In this document: positions 51,947-62,074 of the stretch, one piece after another
Numbering within the stretch: the stretch's first letter is position 1
Layout of the letters: every line of letters begins with the position of its first letter
DNA from: an uncultured bacterium
GTDB taxonomy: Bacteria; Desulfobacterota_D; UBA1144; Nemesobacterales; UBA2774
Length of the DNA: 64,000 nucleotides
Assembly (NCBI GenBank): GCA_963825135.1
Contig: CAWGRW010000009.1
Span: 672,001 to 736,000, forward strand
Direction: 5' to 3'
The notes under the pieces: generated by a model
The model's database searches: none
What the model was told of the DNA's origin: nothing
Seen by the model: only the letters and a program-made list of their open reading frames with translations
Made by a program: the position numbers and the translations under genes

Positions 51947-53422
51947 TTGATAAAGGTTTTATTTATCGCGTCCGAGATGGAGCCCCTGGCCAAGACAGGC
52001 GGGCTTGCGGACGTCATCGGCGTGCTCCCGAAGAAATTGAACGACATCGGATGCGACGTCAGGGTCATCCTCCCGTATTACAGGGAGGTAAAACGAAACC
52101 TGAGACACCTGAAACTCAAATTTAAAAATTTGCCCCAGGAAGTGCTTGTGAGCATCGACTGGCTCGCATATAAGGGCACGATAAAAGAGACCACGGTTGA
52201 AGGAGTAACTGTTTACCTGCTGTGTAACGACGAGTTCTATGACCGCGAGGCCCTCTACACCACGCCTAACGGCGACTATCAGGACAACGACCGGCGGTTC
52301 GGATTCTTCTCCCTGGGCGCGCTTGAAATCGCGAAGGCTCTCAATTTCAAGCCGGACATCATCCACTGTAACGACTGGCAGTCCGCGATGGCCCCGATCG
52401 CGCTGAGGTGGAAAAAACACTATAACAACGACCCCTTCTTCTATGACTCGAAAATTGTTTTCACTATTCACAATATCGCATACCAGGGTGTTTACAGCCG
52501 GGACATCCTCGACAAGTTCGGGCTCAGCCACTCGCTATTCAATACGGAGCATCTCGAATTCTACGGAAGGGTCAACCTCCTGAAGGGTGGGATCATTACA
52601 TCCGATCTGGTTACCACGGTGAGTCCGACTTACGCGAAGGAGATAAGAACGAGGGAATACGGGTATGGCCTCGACGGGGTGCTGCGTGCAATTTCGAACG
52701 AAGGAAGGCTGGCCGGAATCCTGAACGGAATAGATGATGACGATTGGGACCCCGAAAAAGACAAGCAGCTCTTTTATAATTACGGCCCTGATGATCTGGA
52801 CGGGAAATTTCAGAACAAGTCGAAGCTCAAGAGCCTCCTGGGTTTCGAGGCCAACGGACATAAACCGCTTATAGGAGTGATCTCGCGCCTGGCCCTTCAA
52901 AAGGGGGTCGACCTCGTGGTAAGGTCCCTCAACAGCATACTCGACCTGGACGTTGACCTCGTAGTTCTCGGCAGGGGCGACAAGAGATATGAAAAATTAC
53001 TCAAAGACGTTTCCGCTGATTATCGGGGCAATTTCAAGGCTATCGTAGGATACGACGAATCCAAGGCCAGACGCATCTATTCAGGGTGCGATATGTTTTT
53101 AATGCCGTCGAGGTTCGAGCCCTGCGGGCTCGGCCAGATGATTTCACTCAGATACGGGACGATACCTATCGTGAGGGGGACAGGCGGGCTACTCGACACG
53201 ATTACCGATTACACGGAGAACACGGAGTCGGGAAACGGCTTCATTTTCAAGCGTTTTAACGAAGACGATATGATAGATTCGATAGAACGGGCATTACGCG
53301 TATACAGAAACCGCGATGAGTGGCGGCAATTGATAAAAACGGGCATGACGATGGATTTTTCATGGAACAAATCGAGCAGGGTCTACCTCAGACACTACAA
53401 GTCGCTTCTCGGAAAGTCATAA
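51947..53422 (+). CDS. glgA: glycogen synthase
   Basis: KTGGLADV, HCNDWQ, TIHN..YQG, NGID, PSRFEPCGL.Q. Confidence 0.97.
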   Translation: MIKVLFIASEMEPLAKTGGLADVIGVLPKKLNDIGCDVRVILPYYREVKRNLRHLKLKFKNLPQEVLVSIDWLAYKGTIKETTVEGVTVYLLCNDEFYDREALYTTPNGDYQDNDRRFGFFSLGALEIAKALNFKPDIIHCNDWQSAMAPIALRWKKHYNNDPFFYDSKIVFTIHNIAYQGVYSRDILDKFGLSHSLFNTEHLEFYGRVNLLKGGIITSDLVTTVSPTYAKEIRTREYGYGLDGVLRAISNEGRLAGILNGIDDDDWDPEKDKQLFYNYGPDDLDGKFQNKSKLKSLLGFEANGHKPLIGVISRLALQKGVDLVVRSLNSILDLDVDLVVLGRGDKRYEKLLKDVSADYRGNFKAIVGYDESKARRIYSGCDMFLMPSRFEPCGLGQMISLRYGTIPIVRGTGGLLDTITDYTENTESGNGFIFKRFNEDDMIDSIERALRVYRNRDEWRQLIKTGMTMDFSWNKSSRVYLRHYKSLLGKS

Positions 53423-53608
53423 CAGTCACGGAAAAAAAGGTATTAATCTTTCAGGAGCCGGATACCTTCCCGGCTCTTATCAGCTTCGAACTATCCGTAT
53501 ATCATTATCCCCGAGTAAAGTGATTAGAAGCACCTCCCGCTCATTCGAGCATCAATCTCATCAACATAAATCACTTACTCGAAATGATGCTATATTGGAT
53601 TAACGACC

Positions 53609-55876
53609 GTGAACCCGATTAATCATACGTCAGACGGCAAGAGTCCCGGTCCGGAACGGGAAGAAGAGCGGAGTATAGGATTCTTCGGCACCGTCGGTAT
53701 CGGCGTAGGCGCGATCGTAGGGGGAGGCATACTTGCACTCGCGGGCACCGCGTTCGCGGTCACGGGTCCGAGCGCGATTCTCGCTTTCGCTCTTAACGGA
53801 GTAATCGCTATAATAACCGCGCTCAGTTTCGCCGAGCTGTCAGCGGCGTTTCCCGAATCGGGGGGAACATACGTTTTCTCGAAGAAAGTATTGTCTATCA
53901 GGGCCGCCTTCGCGGTAGGATGGATTGTCTGGTTCGCTTCCATTATCGCCGCCGTCCTTTATGCCGTCGGGGCCGGCTATTTTATAGGAATCCTCATCGA
54001 GAGACTGGTCCCCTGGATTCCGGGTCTCGGGTCAGGCCGGATAAGGGCCGACCGGATTGCGGACGGGCTTGCGGCCATCGCCATAGTCTATTACACGCTT
54101 AGCCTCGTATTTAAAAAGGGCGGCGGCAGCGGCTTGGCGAATATAGGAAAGATCGCGGCGTTCTCGATACTTATCGCTGCCGGTCTCACCGCCCTGACAA
54201 GGGAGTCGGCCGCCGGCATCAAAAGAGACTTCACCCCTTTTTTCGCGTTCGGCGCCTTTGGCTTATTCCAGGCCATGGGGTACACGTTTATCACGCTCCA
54301 GGGGTTCGACCTCATAGCGGCGGTCGCGGGGGAGGTTAAAAACCCCGGGAAAACGATTCCGAGGGCTATGATAATCTCTCTGATTATCGCCCTCGTGATT
54401 TATATACCCCTGATCTTTATCATTACGGTCGCCGGTACCAGGACGGGGGAGTCGATAACCGCTCTGAGCATCGCCGATCCTGAAGCCGTCATCGCCACAT
54501 CCGCGGAAACGTATCTCGGGAAGTCCGGTTACTGGATAGTTATAGCCGCGGCGATACTGTCGATGCTCTCCGCCCTGTACGCCAATTTACTCGCCGCATC
54601 GCGCGTCGCTCAGAGCATGGCGAGGGACAGGACCCTTCCGCGTGTCCTCGAAAGGGTCAATGAAAAACTCGGAACCCCGGTCAACTCACTGCTTCTTACG
54701 GCGGCTATAATACTGATCATCGTATTTGCCGTCCCCGACATAGGCTCCGCCGGGGCCGCCGCGAGCCTGATATTCCTCATCACGTTCGCGCTCGCCCAAT
54801 GGATATCCATACTGGCAAGAAAGAGGAGGGGCGCCCGACCGGGGTCGTTCCGAATCCCTCTATATCCCTATATTCCCGTTTTGGGAATTGCAGCATGTTT
54901 GGCGCTCGCCGTTTTTCAGGGAGTCAGGGTGCCGGCAGCAGGGCTCATCGCGGTCGCGTGGCTCGCCGCCGGAGGGTGTTTGTATGTGGTACTCTTCGGC
55001 AGGAGCGCCCGGATTTTCGACGCTTCATCGGAAGGCTTCGATCCCGAGCTGATGAGGCTCAGGGGGAGAAACCCCCTCGTGCTGGTCCCGGTAGCGAACC
55101 CGGAGAACGCCGCCTCGATGGTAACCGTCGCGGGCGCTCTTGCCCCGCCAGAGACCGGAAGGGTGCTCCTGCTTTCGGTAGTGCTCACGAAGAGCGGGCC
55201 CGAGACAGGACGGGACCAGGATCTGGTACTGAATTCGCAGCAGGTACTGAGGGGGGCGATATCAGCCTCGCTAAATATCGGATTATATCCCGAGGCGTTA
55301 ATTACCATGGCCGAGAAGCCCTGGCCCGAAATCATACGCGTATCCGAGACCCACAAGTGCGAAAGCCTGCTCCTCGGCTTAACACAATTTACCGAAGGGG
55401 ACACAGAGAGGAACCTCGAAATGCTCCTCAATAGCGTCGACAGCGACGTGGTCATACTCCGCGCTCCGGGCGATTGGCAAATGCATGACCTGAGACGAAT
55501 CCTCGTCCCCGTCGGAGGAAGGGGCGGCCACGGGGAACTCCTGGCCAGGCTTCTGGGAAGCATATGCAGAACCGGCAGCCCGGAAATCGCCTTTCTCAGG
55601 GTATTACCGGAAGACGCTGACTGGAGATCATGCGATAGAGCGCGAAAGGAGCTGTTCCTCTACGCGGCCGACCAGGCGGTAAAGGGAGAGATCAAGGTGC
55701 AGGTCGAGAAATCAGACGATATCGGGGCTCACATTGTCAGCCGGGCGAGAGAGAGCGATCTCGTAATACTCGGTATCCAGAGACTCGGAAGGCGGCAAAA
55801 ATCATTGGGGGGACTGACGCTCAGGATAGCCCGCGAGACTGAACAACCGCTCCTGATGATCAGCAGAAGGAATTGA
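53609..55876 (+). CDS. APC-family amino acid permease fused to tandem universal stress protein domains
   Basis: GAIVGGGI, AELSAAFPESGG.Y, GEVKNP.KTIPRA, about 12 TM helices; USP-like VLVPVANP and RILVPVGG. Confidence 0.9.
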   Translation: MNPINHTSDGKSPGPEREEERSIGFFGTVGIGVGAIVGGGILALAGTAFAVTGPSAILAFALNGVIAIITALSFAELSAAFPESGGTYVFSKKVLSIRAAFAVGWIVWFASIIAAVLYAVGAGYFIGILIERLVPWIPGLGSGRIRADRIADGLAAIAIVYYTLSLVFKKGGGSGLANIGKIAAFSILIAAGLTALTRESAAGIKRDFTPFFAFGAFGLFQAMGYTFITLQGFDLIAAVAGEVKNPGKTIPRAMIISLIIALVIYIPLIFIITVAGTRTGESITALSIADPEAVIATSAETYLGKSGYWIVIAAAILSMLSALYANLLAASRVAQSMARDRTLPRVLERVNEKLGTPVNSLLLTAAIILIIVFAVPDIGSAGAAASLIFLITFALAQWISILARKRRGARPGSFRIPLYPYIPVLGIAACLALAVFQGVRVPAAGLIAVAWLAAGGCLYVVLFGRSARIFDASSEGFDPELMRLRGRNPLVLVPVANPENAASMVTVAGALAPPETGRVLLLSVVLTKSGPETGRDQDLVLNSQQVLRGAISASLNIGLYPEALITMAEKPWPEIIRVSETHKCESLLLGLTQFTEGDTERNLEMLLNSVDSDVVILRAPGDWQMHDLRRILVPVGGRGGHGELLARLLGSICRTGSPEIAFLRVLPEDADWRSCDRARKELFLYAADQAVKGEIKVQVEKSDDIGAHIVSRARESDLVILGIQRLGRRQKSLGGLTLRIARETEQPLLMISRRN

Positions 55877-56208
55877 GCCTTGCAAGCCGGCGCGAACGGT
55901 TCTTCAAGGCTGCATGCGAAAATCCGGCCCGTGAACCCGTAACGTGCCTTAATCATTAACATAACAGCCAAAAACGACGGTATGGAGCGGGAATTGATTT
56001 CTTCGGCCTAAGGACCCCGGCCGCCCTGAAAATTCGAGCGGGGATATCGATTCATTCCTGGACCCGTGAACGCTCTGAAAACCTAGTCCCGAGCCTATTG
56101 TGTAAATGCGCACAGTCCGGGAGTGTAATTTCACACAAGTGTGTATAAAATTTGCCTGTCGAGCGGCGTAACCAACTGTAATTATGGACTTATGTTATTG
56201 CCTTGAAA

Positions 56209-56224
56209 TGGCATAAAATTTGCA
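56209..56224 (+). promoter_or_regulatory. sigma54 promoter for the GT2 gene, with tandem upstream activator sites
   Basis: TGGCATAAAATTTGCA (GG-N10-GC); TGT-N8-ACA boxes at 56101-56114 and 56124-56137. Confidence 0.75.
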
Positions 56225-56487
56225 TTATTTTAGAAGCAAATGCAAATAAAGGTGCAGAAATTCGAGGTTGCATCGTTCAAGTTCAAGGCTTCGGCCGTTA
56301 AGAGGCATTGGTTATCGTCCCTTCCCTGAAAAGCGGTCAAATAAACGACCGTGTTACCGCATTAAGCCAATTTCTGTTTTATAACAGCAACAAAAGCGGG
56401 TTGATTGAGATTCGGCGGTCAAAGCGATGGGAAGTTTACACGCAAATCAAAATAATTTTCAGGTTCTGAAAGGAGGATCGTAATCAG

Positions 56488-58395
56488 ATGTTTAATTTTG
56501 GTGAGTTAATTACTGCGGGGTATATATATTCGGCCGTCAGTTTTGCGCTTTCGGTATTACTGATAACCGTAAAAAACCTTATAGGCAAAGACAAACATTA
56601 CTACAGTCTAATAGAGTATTTAAACGTCAATATCGTCGCTGCCCTGATAATATGGCTTCTGGGATATTCCTTGCCCGAGGTTATTATCCTCTCGGCGCTG
56701 GTCGTTGCGACGATGATTATAGCCCACAAGGCCCTTAAGAATTTCACTATAGCGGGACGGCTGCTCCTCGTAACGTACGCCCTCTTTACGCTCTTCGGTA
56801 TGATCTGGGGATTCTGGTTCATAACATCGATAGACGTAACCACCGTTACGCGTGTGCTGATGTACATCGGGTACCCGATCCTGTTCATGACCCTGTTCGG
56901 CGGGATAATCACGGCGTTCGAGCAGTGGGAAGTGCTGGGAAAGGTAAAGTGGGAAAGGCCCAACGCCCCGCTTCCCGCAGGACTGCTGAAAAATTTCCCG
57001 AGGGTGTGTCTCCAGGTGCCGGCTTATTCCGAGCCGCCCGATGTTGTCATAGGCACGCTCGACAGCATAGCGAAGCTCGACTATCCGAATTTCGAAGTAA
57101 TGGTCATCGATAATAACACCAAGGACCCCAACCTCTGGAAACCGGTCGAGGCGCACTGCGCCAAACTGGGGGAGCGGTTCAGGTTCTTCCACGTAGACCC
57201 GATAAAAGGCGCAAAAGCGGGCGCGCTGAACTTCGCGCTCAGGCACACACATTCCGACGTGGAGATCATCGGCGTTGTCGACAGCGACTACCAGGTCGAG
57301 CCCGATTTCCTCGACCGGCTCGTCGGCTACTTTGAAGACCCCAAGATAGGGTTCGTCCAGTCCCCTCACGATTACAGGGAGTGGGGGCAGAACCTTTTTC
57401 TGAAGATGTGCTACTGGGAATATAAATACTTCTTCGAGACGATCATGCCGAGTCTCAACGAGCGGGATGCGACCCTCACGGTCGGAACGATGTGCCTCAT
57501 CAGGAAAAAAGCGCTCGAAGACGCGGGCGGCTGGTCGGAATGGTGCCAGACGGAAGACTCGGAGCTGTCGATACGCATCCACGCGGCGGGCTATTCCTCG
57601 GTGTACACGAACGAAACGTTCGGCCGGGGACTCATACCCGAAACTTTCCTCGGTTACAAAAAGCAGCGCTTCAGATGGACATTCGGACCTGTGCAGGAAT
57701 TAAAGCACCATTTCAAGCTCTATCTTCCGAAGTTCTTGGCGAAGCCGTCGGCCATGACAAGGCTCCAGAAGGTACATCATCTGAACCACGGGTTCGGATA
57801 CCTGAACCTCGGTATCGGCTCCCTTTTTATACCCTTCGGACTGGCCGCCATGGTATCGATAGTGCTTAACCATGAAGTCATAGCTGTCCCGAAGGCCATG
57901 TGGATAACCTCGCTCGTCGTACTCGTTTGCGGATTCACGCTCAGGTGGCTCACGTACCATGTGTACCTCAAGTGCTCGCTCAAGGACACGATAGGCGCGT
58001 TTATCGCTAACAGCGCGCTCACCCATACGTATATCGTCGCGAGCATTATGTGCATGTTTAAAAATGAGATAGCCTGGCAGAGGACGAACAAATTCAAATC
58101 CCTTCCCCTGGGATTGGGGGCCATAAGCTCTGTGCAGACCGAAACGATCATCGGTCTGTTGATTCTCGCGCTGGGGAGCGTTTCATTCCTCCTGCTGCCT
58201 GGCCTAGGCCTGCACTTCATGCTCGCCTCCGTGATGATGCTCAAGGGGTTCGAGTACCTAGCAGCGCCGGCCATGGCGCTACTCGCCGAACACGAATTGC
58301 AGAAATCCCGGGAATCGGAGCGCTTCGTCACAAAACCCGTTCCGAGCGGAAGCCCGAGTCAGTATCAGCCGATTAAGAGGAACATAACGAAATAG
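56488..58395 (+). CDS. processive GT2 glycosyltransferase, NdvB-like beta-glucan synthase
   Basis: VPAYSEPP, IDNNTKDP..W.PV..HC, KAGALN, DSDY, TED, QRFRW; TM helices on both sides; AAGGAGG SD. Confidence 0.88.
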   Translation: MFNFGELITAGYIYSAVSFALSVLLITVKNLIGKDKHYYSLIEYLNVNIVAALIIWLLGYSLPEVIILSALVVATMIIAHKALKNFTIAGRLLLVTYALFTLFGMIWGFWFITSIDVTTVTRVLMYIGYPILFMTLFGGIITAFEQWEVLGKVKWERPNAPLPAGLLKNFPRVCLQVPAYSEPPDVVIGTLDSIAKLDYPNFEVMVIDNNTKDPNLWKPVEAHCAKLGERFRFFHVDPIKGAKAGALNFALRHTHSDVEIIGVVDSDYQVEPDFLDRLVGYFEDPKIGFVQSPHDYREWGQNLFLKMCYWEYKYFFETIMPSLNERDATLTVGTMCLIRKKALEDAGGWSEWCQTEDSELSIRIHAAGYSSVYTNETFGRGLIPETFLGYKKQRFRWTFGPVQELKHHFKLYLPKFLAKPSAMTRLQKVHHLNHGFGYLNLGIGSLFIPFGLAAMVSIVLNHEVIAVPKAMWITSLVVLVCGFTLRWLTYHVYLKCSLKDTIGAFIANSALTHTYIVASIMCMFKNEIAWQRTNKFKSLPLGLGAISSVQTETIIGLLILALGSVSFLLLPGLGLHFMLASVMMLKGFEYLAAPAMALLAEHELQKSRESERFVTKPVPSGSPSQYQPIKRNITK

Positions 58396-58435
58396 GGCGC
58401 TATATTTAAATTTTTGACGACAATTATATTCAGAT

Positions 58436-58476
58436 GCGGATGGCGTGTTGTCCCCGACCCGCCATCCGCTTTTTTT
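58436..58476 (+). terminator. intrinsic terminator after the GT2 gene
   Basis: 10-bp stem GCGGATGGCG / CGCCATCCGC followed by T7. Confidence 0.8.
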
Positions 58477-58608
58477 CGCAATCAACAAACTTTCCCGGCA
58501 ATGAACCCGGCGGTTATTGAACTGCGGGAACTGAAAGGTTTTAGAATACGCCGTCAGGGGGAGGCCGCCGGCAGTTTCACTCATTTCCGGCGCCGATCAA
58601 TAGCCCTG

Positions 58609-59202
58609 TTAACAGGCTACTAAGAATATCCCCGTCTGCGCGAACAAGTTGGGAAGGAGCCTGATACGCTTGTCGTCGCTGATATACATTGCCCTCTCGA
58701 TGCCGACGTTCTTTAGCCGGCAATAATCGATAAAATCGGTAACGCTAAGGAAATGGAGGTTCGGCGTTTCGTACCACTGATATGGAAGCGCGCCCGTTAC
58801 GGGGGTCCTTCCCCCGAAGAATATCTGCAAGCGGGACTTGTAATACGCGAAATTTGAAAAGCTTATAATGACCTTCCTGCCCACTCTCAAAGCGTCCATC
58901 AGCACCGAATCCGGGCGCTTGATCTGCTGAAGGCTCTGGTTCAGAATCACGTAATCGAAGGATTTATCCTCGTATTCGGCCAAACCGCTGTCTATATCCC
59001 CGTGTATGACGTTAAGGCCCTTCGCCACGCATGCATAAATAGCCTGATCGTCTATTTCCAAACCCTGACCGTGCACGCTTCTTTCCTTAATCAGGAGGGA
59101 AAGAAGGTCTCCCTCGCCGCACCCGAGCTCGAGCACGGTGGACCGGGGCTTAACCAGCTTTAATATGGCTTTGTGGTCGAAGCGGACATTAACGTATGTC
59201 AT
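58609..59202 (-). CDS. metW: methionine biosynthesis protein MetW
   Basis: R.DH..I, VLELGCG.G.LL, FDYVIL.QSLQ, LPY.WY.TPN.H. Confidence 0.95.
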   Translation of the reverse strand: MTYVNVRFDHKAILKLVKPRSTVLELGCGEGDLLSLLIKERSVHGQGLEIDDQAIYACVAKGLNVIHGDIDSGLAEYEDKSFDYVILNQSLQQIKRPDSVLMDALRVGRKVIISFSNFAYYKSRLQIFFGGRTPVTGALPYQWYETPNLHFLSVTDFIDYCRLKNVGIERAMYISDDKRIRLLPNLFAQTGIFLVAC

Positions 59203-59206
59203 AATC

Positions 59207-60352
59207 TCAGGCTGTCTCGTATTCGTGGAATACTTTTTTTAAAAAGTGCGAGATCAGATGTGTTTCCTCTTCGATCTCCAGTAAGAACGCGTCGTGACCG
59301 TAAGTGGAATCCACTTCGCAGTAGGTCGTCTCGATCCCCGAGCGCTTGCACGCCTTAACTATTTCCTTGGACTGGTAAGCCGGGTAGAGCCAGTCCGATT
59401 TAAACGCTATGACCAGCACCTTTGTCTTCTGGCCCTGTAGGGAGTCCTGAAGAGGCCTCAACTCGGTTACGTCGAAATTATCCATGGCTTTGGTGATGTA
59501 AAGGTAAGAGTTGGCGTCGAAACGTTTTACGAAGCTGTCTCCGCGGTAGCGGAGATAGCCCTCGACTTCGTAGTCCGCCGTGAACTTGAAGGGCTCGGTC
59601 CCGCCCTTCCTCTGTCTTCCGAATTTCTCTTCCATGGACATATCGCTCATGTACGTTATATGTCCTATCATCCTCGCTACCGCCAGCCCCTTCGCAGGGA
59701 GCGGCCCGCCGTAATAATTCCCTGAATTCCAGTGCGGGTCGGCCATTATCGCCTGCCTCCCCACTTCATTGAACGCTATCTGCTGAGGGCCGTGCTTTAT
59801 GGCCGTCGCTATGGGGATTGCGCTCCTGATCCTGTCCGGATACCTTACGAGCCAGGAGAGCGCCAGCATGCCGCCCATAGATCCTCCCACCGCCGTAAGC
59901 AGCTTATCGATACCCATATGGTCTATGAGGCGCTTCTGGGCATCCACCATATCGTTGATCGTGACAATCGGGAAATCGAGGGCATAGTGCCTGCCGGTCG
60001 CGGGATCTATGCTGGAGGGTCCGGTCGAACCCTTGCAGCCCCCGATGACATTCGTACTAATAACGAAGTATTTGTCCGTATCGAATGCCCTGCCCGGGCC
60101 GATCATGGAATCCCACCACCCGGGATTCTTCCGCTCTATATCGAGTCCGGCGGCGTGCGCATCACCGGAAAGGGCGTGGAGTATCATAACTGCGTTAGTT
60201 CTATTTTCTTTAAGAGTGCCGTAGGTCTCGTAGGCGAGCGTTACGTGCTCAAGCTTCTCCCCGCTCTCGAGTGTAAGGCTGTCAATAGTGTAGTACTGCG
60301 GCTCGACGACACCGACGCCCTCCTCGTGTTTATCGATTCTCTTTGTCTTCAC
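59207..60352 (-). CDS. metX: homoserine O-acetyltransferase
   Basis: HALSGD.HAAG, GWWD..IGPG, GGSMGGM, RFDANSY, GHDAFLLE. Confidence 0.96.
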   Translation of the reverse strand: MKTKRIDKHEEGVGVVEPQYYTIDSLTLESGEKLEHVTLAYETYGTLKENRTNAVMILHALSGDAHAAGLDIERKNPGWWDSMIGPGRAFDTDKYFVISTNVIGGCKGSTGPSSIDPATGRHYALDFPIVTINDMVDAQKRLIDHMGIDKLLTAVGGSMGGMLALSWLVRYPDRIRSAIPIATAIKHGPQQIAFNEVGRQAIMADPHWNSGNYYGGPLPAKGLAVARMIGHITYMSDMSMEEKFGRQRKGGTEPFKFTADYEVEGYLRYRGDSFVKRFDANSYLYITKAMDNFDVTELRPLQDSLQGQKTKVLVIAFKSDWLYPAYQSKEIVKACKRSGIETTYCEVDSTYGHDAFLLEIEEETHLISHFLKKVFHEYETA

Positions 60353-60406
60353 CCATTGACCTCTTTAACAGCCGGACAGCATAAATGACGCAGCGCCCCG
60401 CGTTGC

Positions 60407-61702
60407 TTATCCCGCCTTTGCGAGCGCCTGATCTATATCGGCGATAATGTCGTCGATGTGCTCGATGCCCACGGAGAGACGGACGAAGTCGGGGGTCACG
60501 CCGGTCGATAACTGCTCGTCCGGAGAGAGCTGCTGATGCGTGGTGGTCGCGGGATGTATCGCGAGCGTTTTCGTATCGCCCACGTTCGCCAGGTGCGAGA
60601 TCAGCTGAAGCGAGTCTATGAATTTCCGCCCCGCATCGAGCCCGCCTTTGATACCGAAGCCCAGTATCGCGCCCGCTCCCTTCGGAAGGTACTTTGCCAC
60701 CCTCTCCTTCTCGGGGCTGTCGTCGAGCCCCGGATAATTGACCCAGCTCACTTTCGGATGCTTCTTCAGATGCTTTGCCACCGCCAGCGCATTCTCCGAA
60801 TGGCGCGGCATACGGAGATGGAGCGTTTCGAGGCCCTGTAAAAACAGGAATGCGTTAAACGGCGACACGGCCATGCCGAGGTCCCTCAGCAGCGTTACGC
60901 GCGCTTTGATGATATAGGCGATATTCCCGAGGGGCTTCAAGGCCTCCACGAAATTGATCCCGTGATAGCTCGGGTCGGGTTCGGAAATGAGCGGGAATTT
61001 GCCGCTGTCCCATTCGAATTTGCCTGAATCGACTATCACGCCGCCTATGCTGGTCCCGTGGCCTCCTATGAATTTCGTCGCCGAATAAACCGTGATATCG
61101 ACGCCGAAATCAAACGGCCTCAATAAATAGGGGGATACCGTATTATCGAGAATGAACGGTATGCCGTTCTTATGGGCCACGCCCGATATCCCTTCGAGGT
61201 CAGCGATATCGAGCTTCGGATTTCCTATGGACTCCGCATAGATCGCTTTCGTTTTCGGCGTTATCGCCTTCTGAAAAGCCTTTAAGTCGTTAGACTTGAC
61301 GAACTTTACGGTTATTCCGAGACGCGGAAAGGTGTAATGGAAGAGATTATATGTTCCGCCGTACAGGTTATCCGCGGATACTATCTCATCGCCCGCCTGG
61401 GCGATGTTGAGGAGCGATATTGTCGTTGCCGATTGCCCGCTCGAAAGAGCGAGGGCCCCGACGCCGCCGTCCATGGCGGCTATACGTTTCTCGAAAGCAT
61501 CCTGCGTCGGGTTCATAATCCTGGTGTAGATGTTTCCGAACTCGCGGAGTCCGAAGAGATTTGCGGCGTGCTCGGTGCTCTTGAACTGAAACGAAGTAGT
61601 CTGATAAATAGGGAGCGCCCTCGCGCCTGTCGCGGGGTCGGGCTCCCACCCGCCGTGCAATGCGAGTGATTCCACTTTCAGCTGACTATCGATTTTACTC
61701 AT
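60407..61702 (-). CDS. metY: O-acetylhomoserine aminocarboxypropyltransferase (sulfhydrylase)
   Basis: [51 protein letters not shown]. Confidence 0.96.
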   Translation of the reverse strand: MSKIDSQLKVESLALHGGWEPDPATGARALPIYQTTSFQFKSTEHAANLFGLREFGNIYTRIMNPTQDAFEKRIAAMDGGVGALALSSGQSATTISLLNIAQAGDEIVSADNLYGGTYNLFHYTFPRLGITVKFVKSNDLKAFQKAITPKTKAIYAESIGNPKLDIADLEGISGVAHKNGIPFILDNTVSPYLLRPFDFGVDITVYSATKFIGGHGTSIGGVIVDSGKFEWDSGKFPLISEPDPSYHGINFVEALKPLGNIAYIIKARVTLLRDLGMAVSPFNAFLFLQGLETLHLRMPRHSENALAVAKHLKKHPKVSWVNYPGLDDSPEKERVAKYLPKGAGAILGFGIKGGLDAGRKFIDSLQLISHLANVGDTKTLAIHPATTTHQQLSPDEQLSTGVTPDFVRLSVGIEHIDDIIADIDQALAKAG

Positions 61703-61789
61703 CTCCGTAACTCCTATGGTCCGTTTTCTTTTTTTATCTTAATCGGGTTTGATAAAAATGTCGAGATGGTTTTACCGAGGTAATCATAA

Positions 61790-61805
61790 GGCAATCTCCG
61801 TGCCA
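61790..61805 (-). promoter_or_regulatory. sigma54 promoter for metY-metX-metW
   Basis: Minus strand TGGCACGGAGATTGCC (TGGCAC-N5-TTGC), 87 nt upstream of the ATG. Confidence 0.8.
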
Positions 61806-62031
61806 TCTGCTGCCAACTCATATAATTACAGGGGGTTATGATGAGGCAAAGCTTACTATCCCGCCTATATCCCGGATTTCCGGGATATTTAATCACCATC
61901 TGTATATTTATTATGCATTACCGTCGAGGGGAGCGCGGAAGCTCAAAACCGAGAATTATCCCGTCTCCGTGAAATCCGAATCCCGGAAGGTCGGGAGGTA
62001 TAAATACGGCGCACAAATTCCTGATTTTGCC

Positions 62032-62074
62032 GGCGGAGCCGAAGGGGTTTGAACCCTCGACTCCTTGAGTGCTA
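62032..62074 (-). mobile_element. degenerate tRNA 3' half (tRNA-Ala(GGC)-like), putative attR of a genomic island
   Basis: Minus strand TAGCACTCAAGGAGTCGAGGGTTCAAACCCCTTCGGCTCCGCC: anticodon arm 3' side, T arm and acceptor 3' strand, with no D arm or 5' half. Confidence 0.62.

Noticed and set aside
61703..61920. SAM-I or other methionine riboswitch upstream of metY
   Set aside because: No ATC.AGAG...GAGGGA..GGCCC...GCAACC core; a sigma54 promoter explains the region better.
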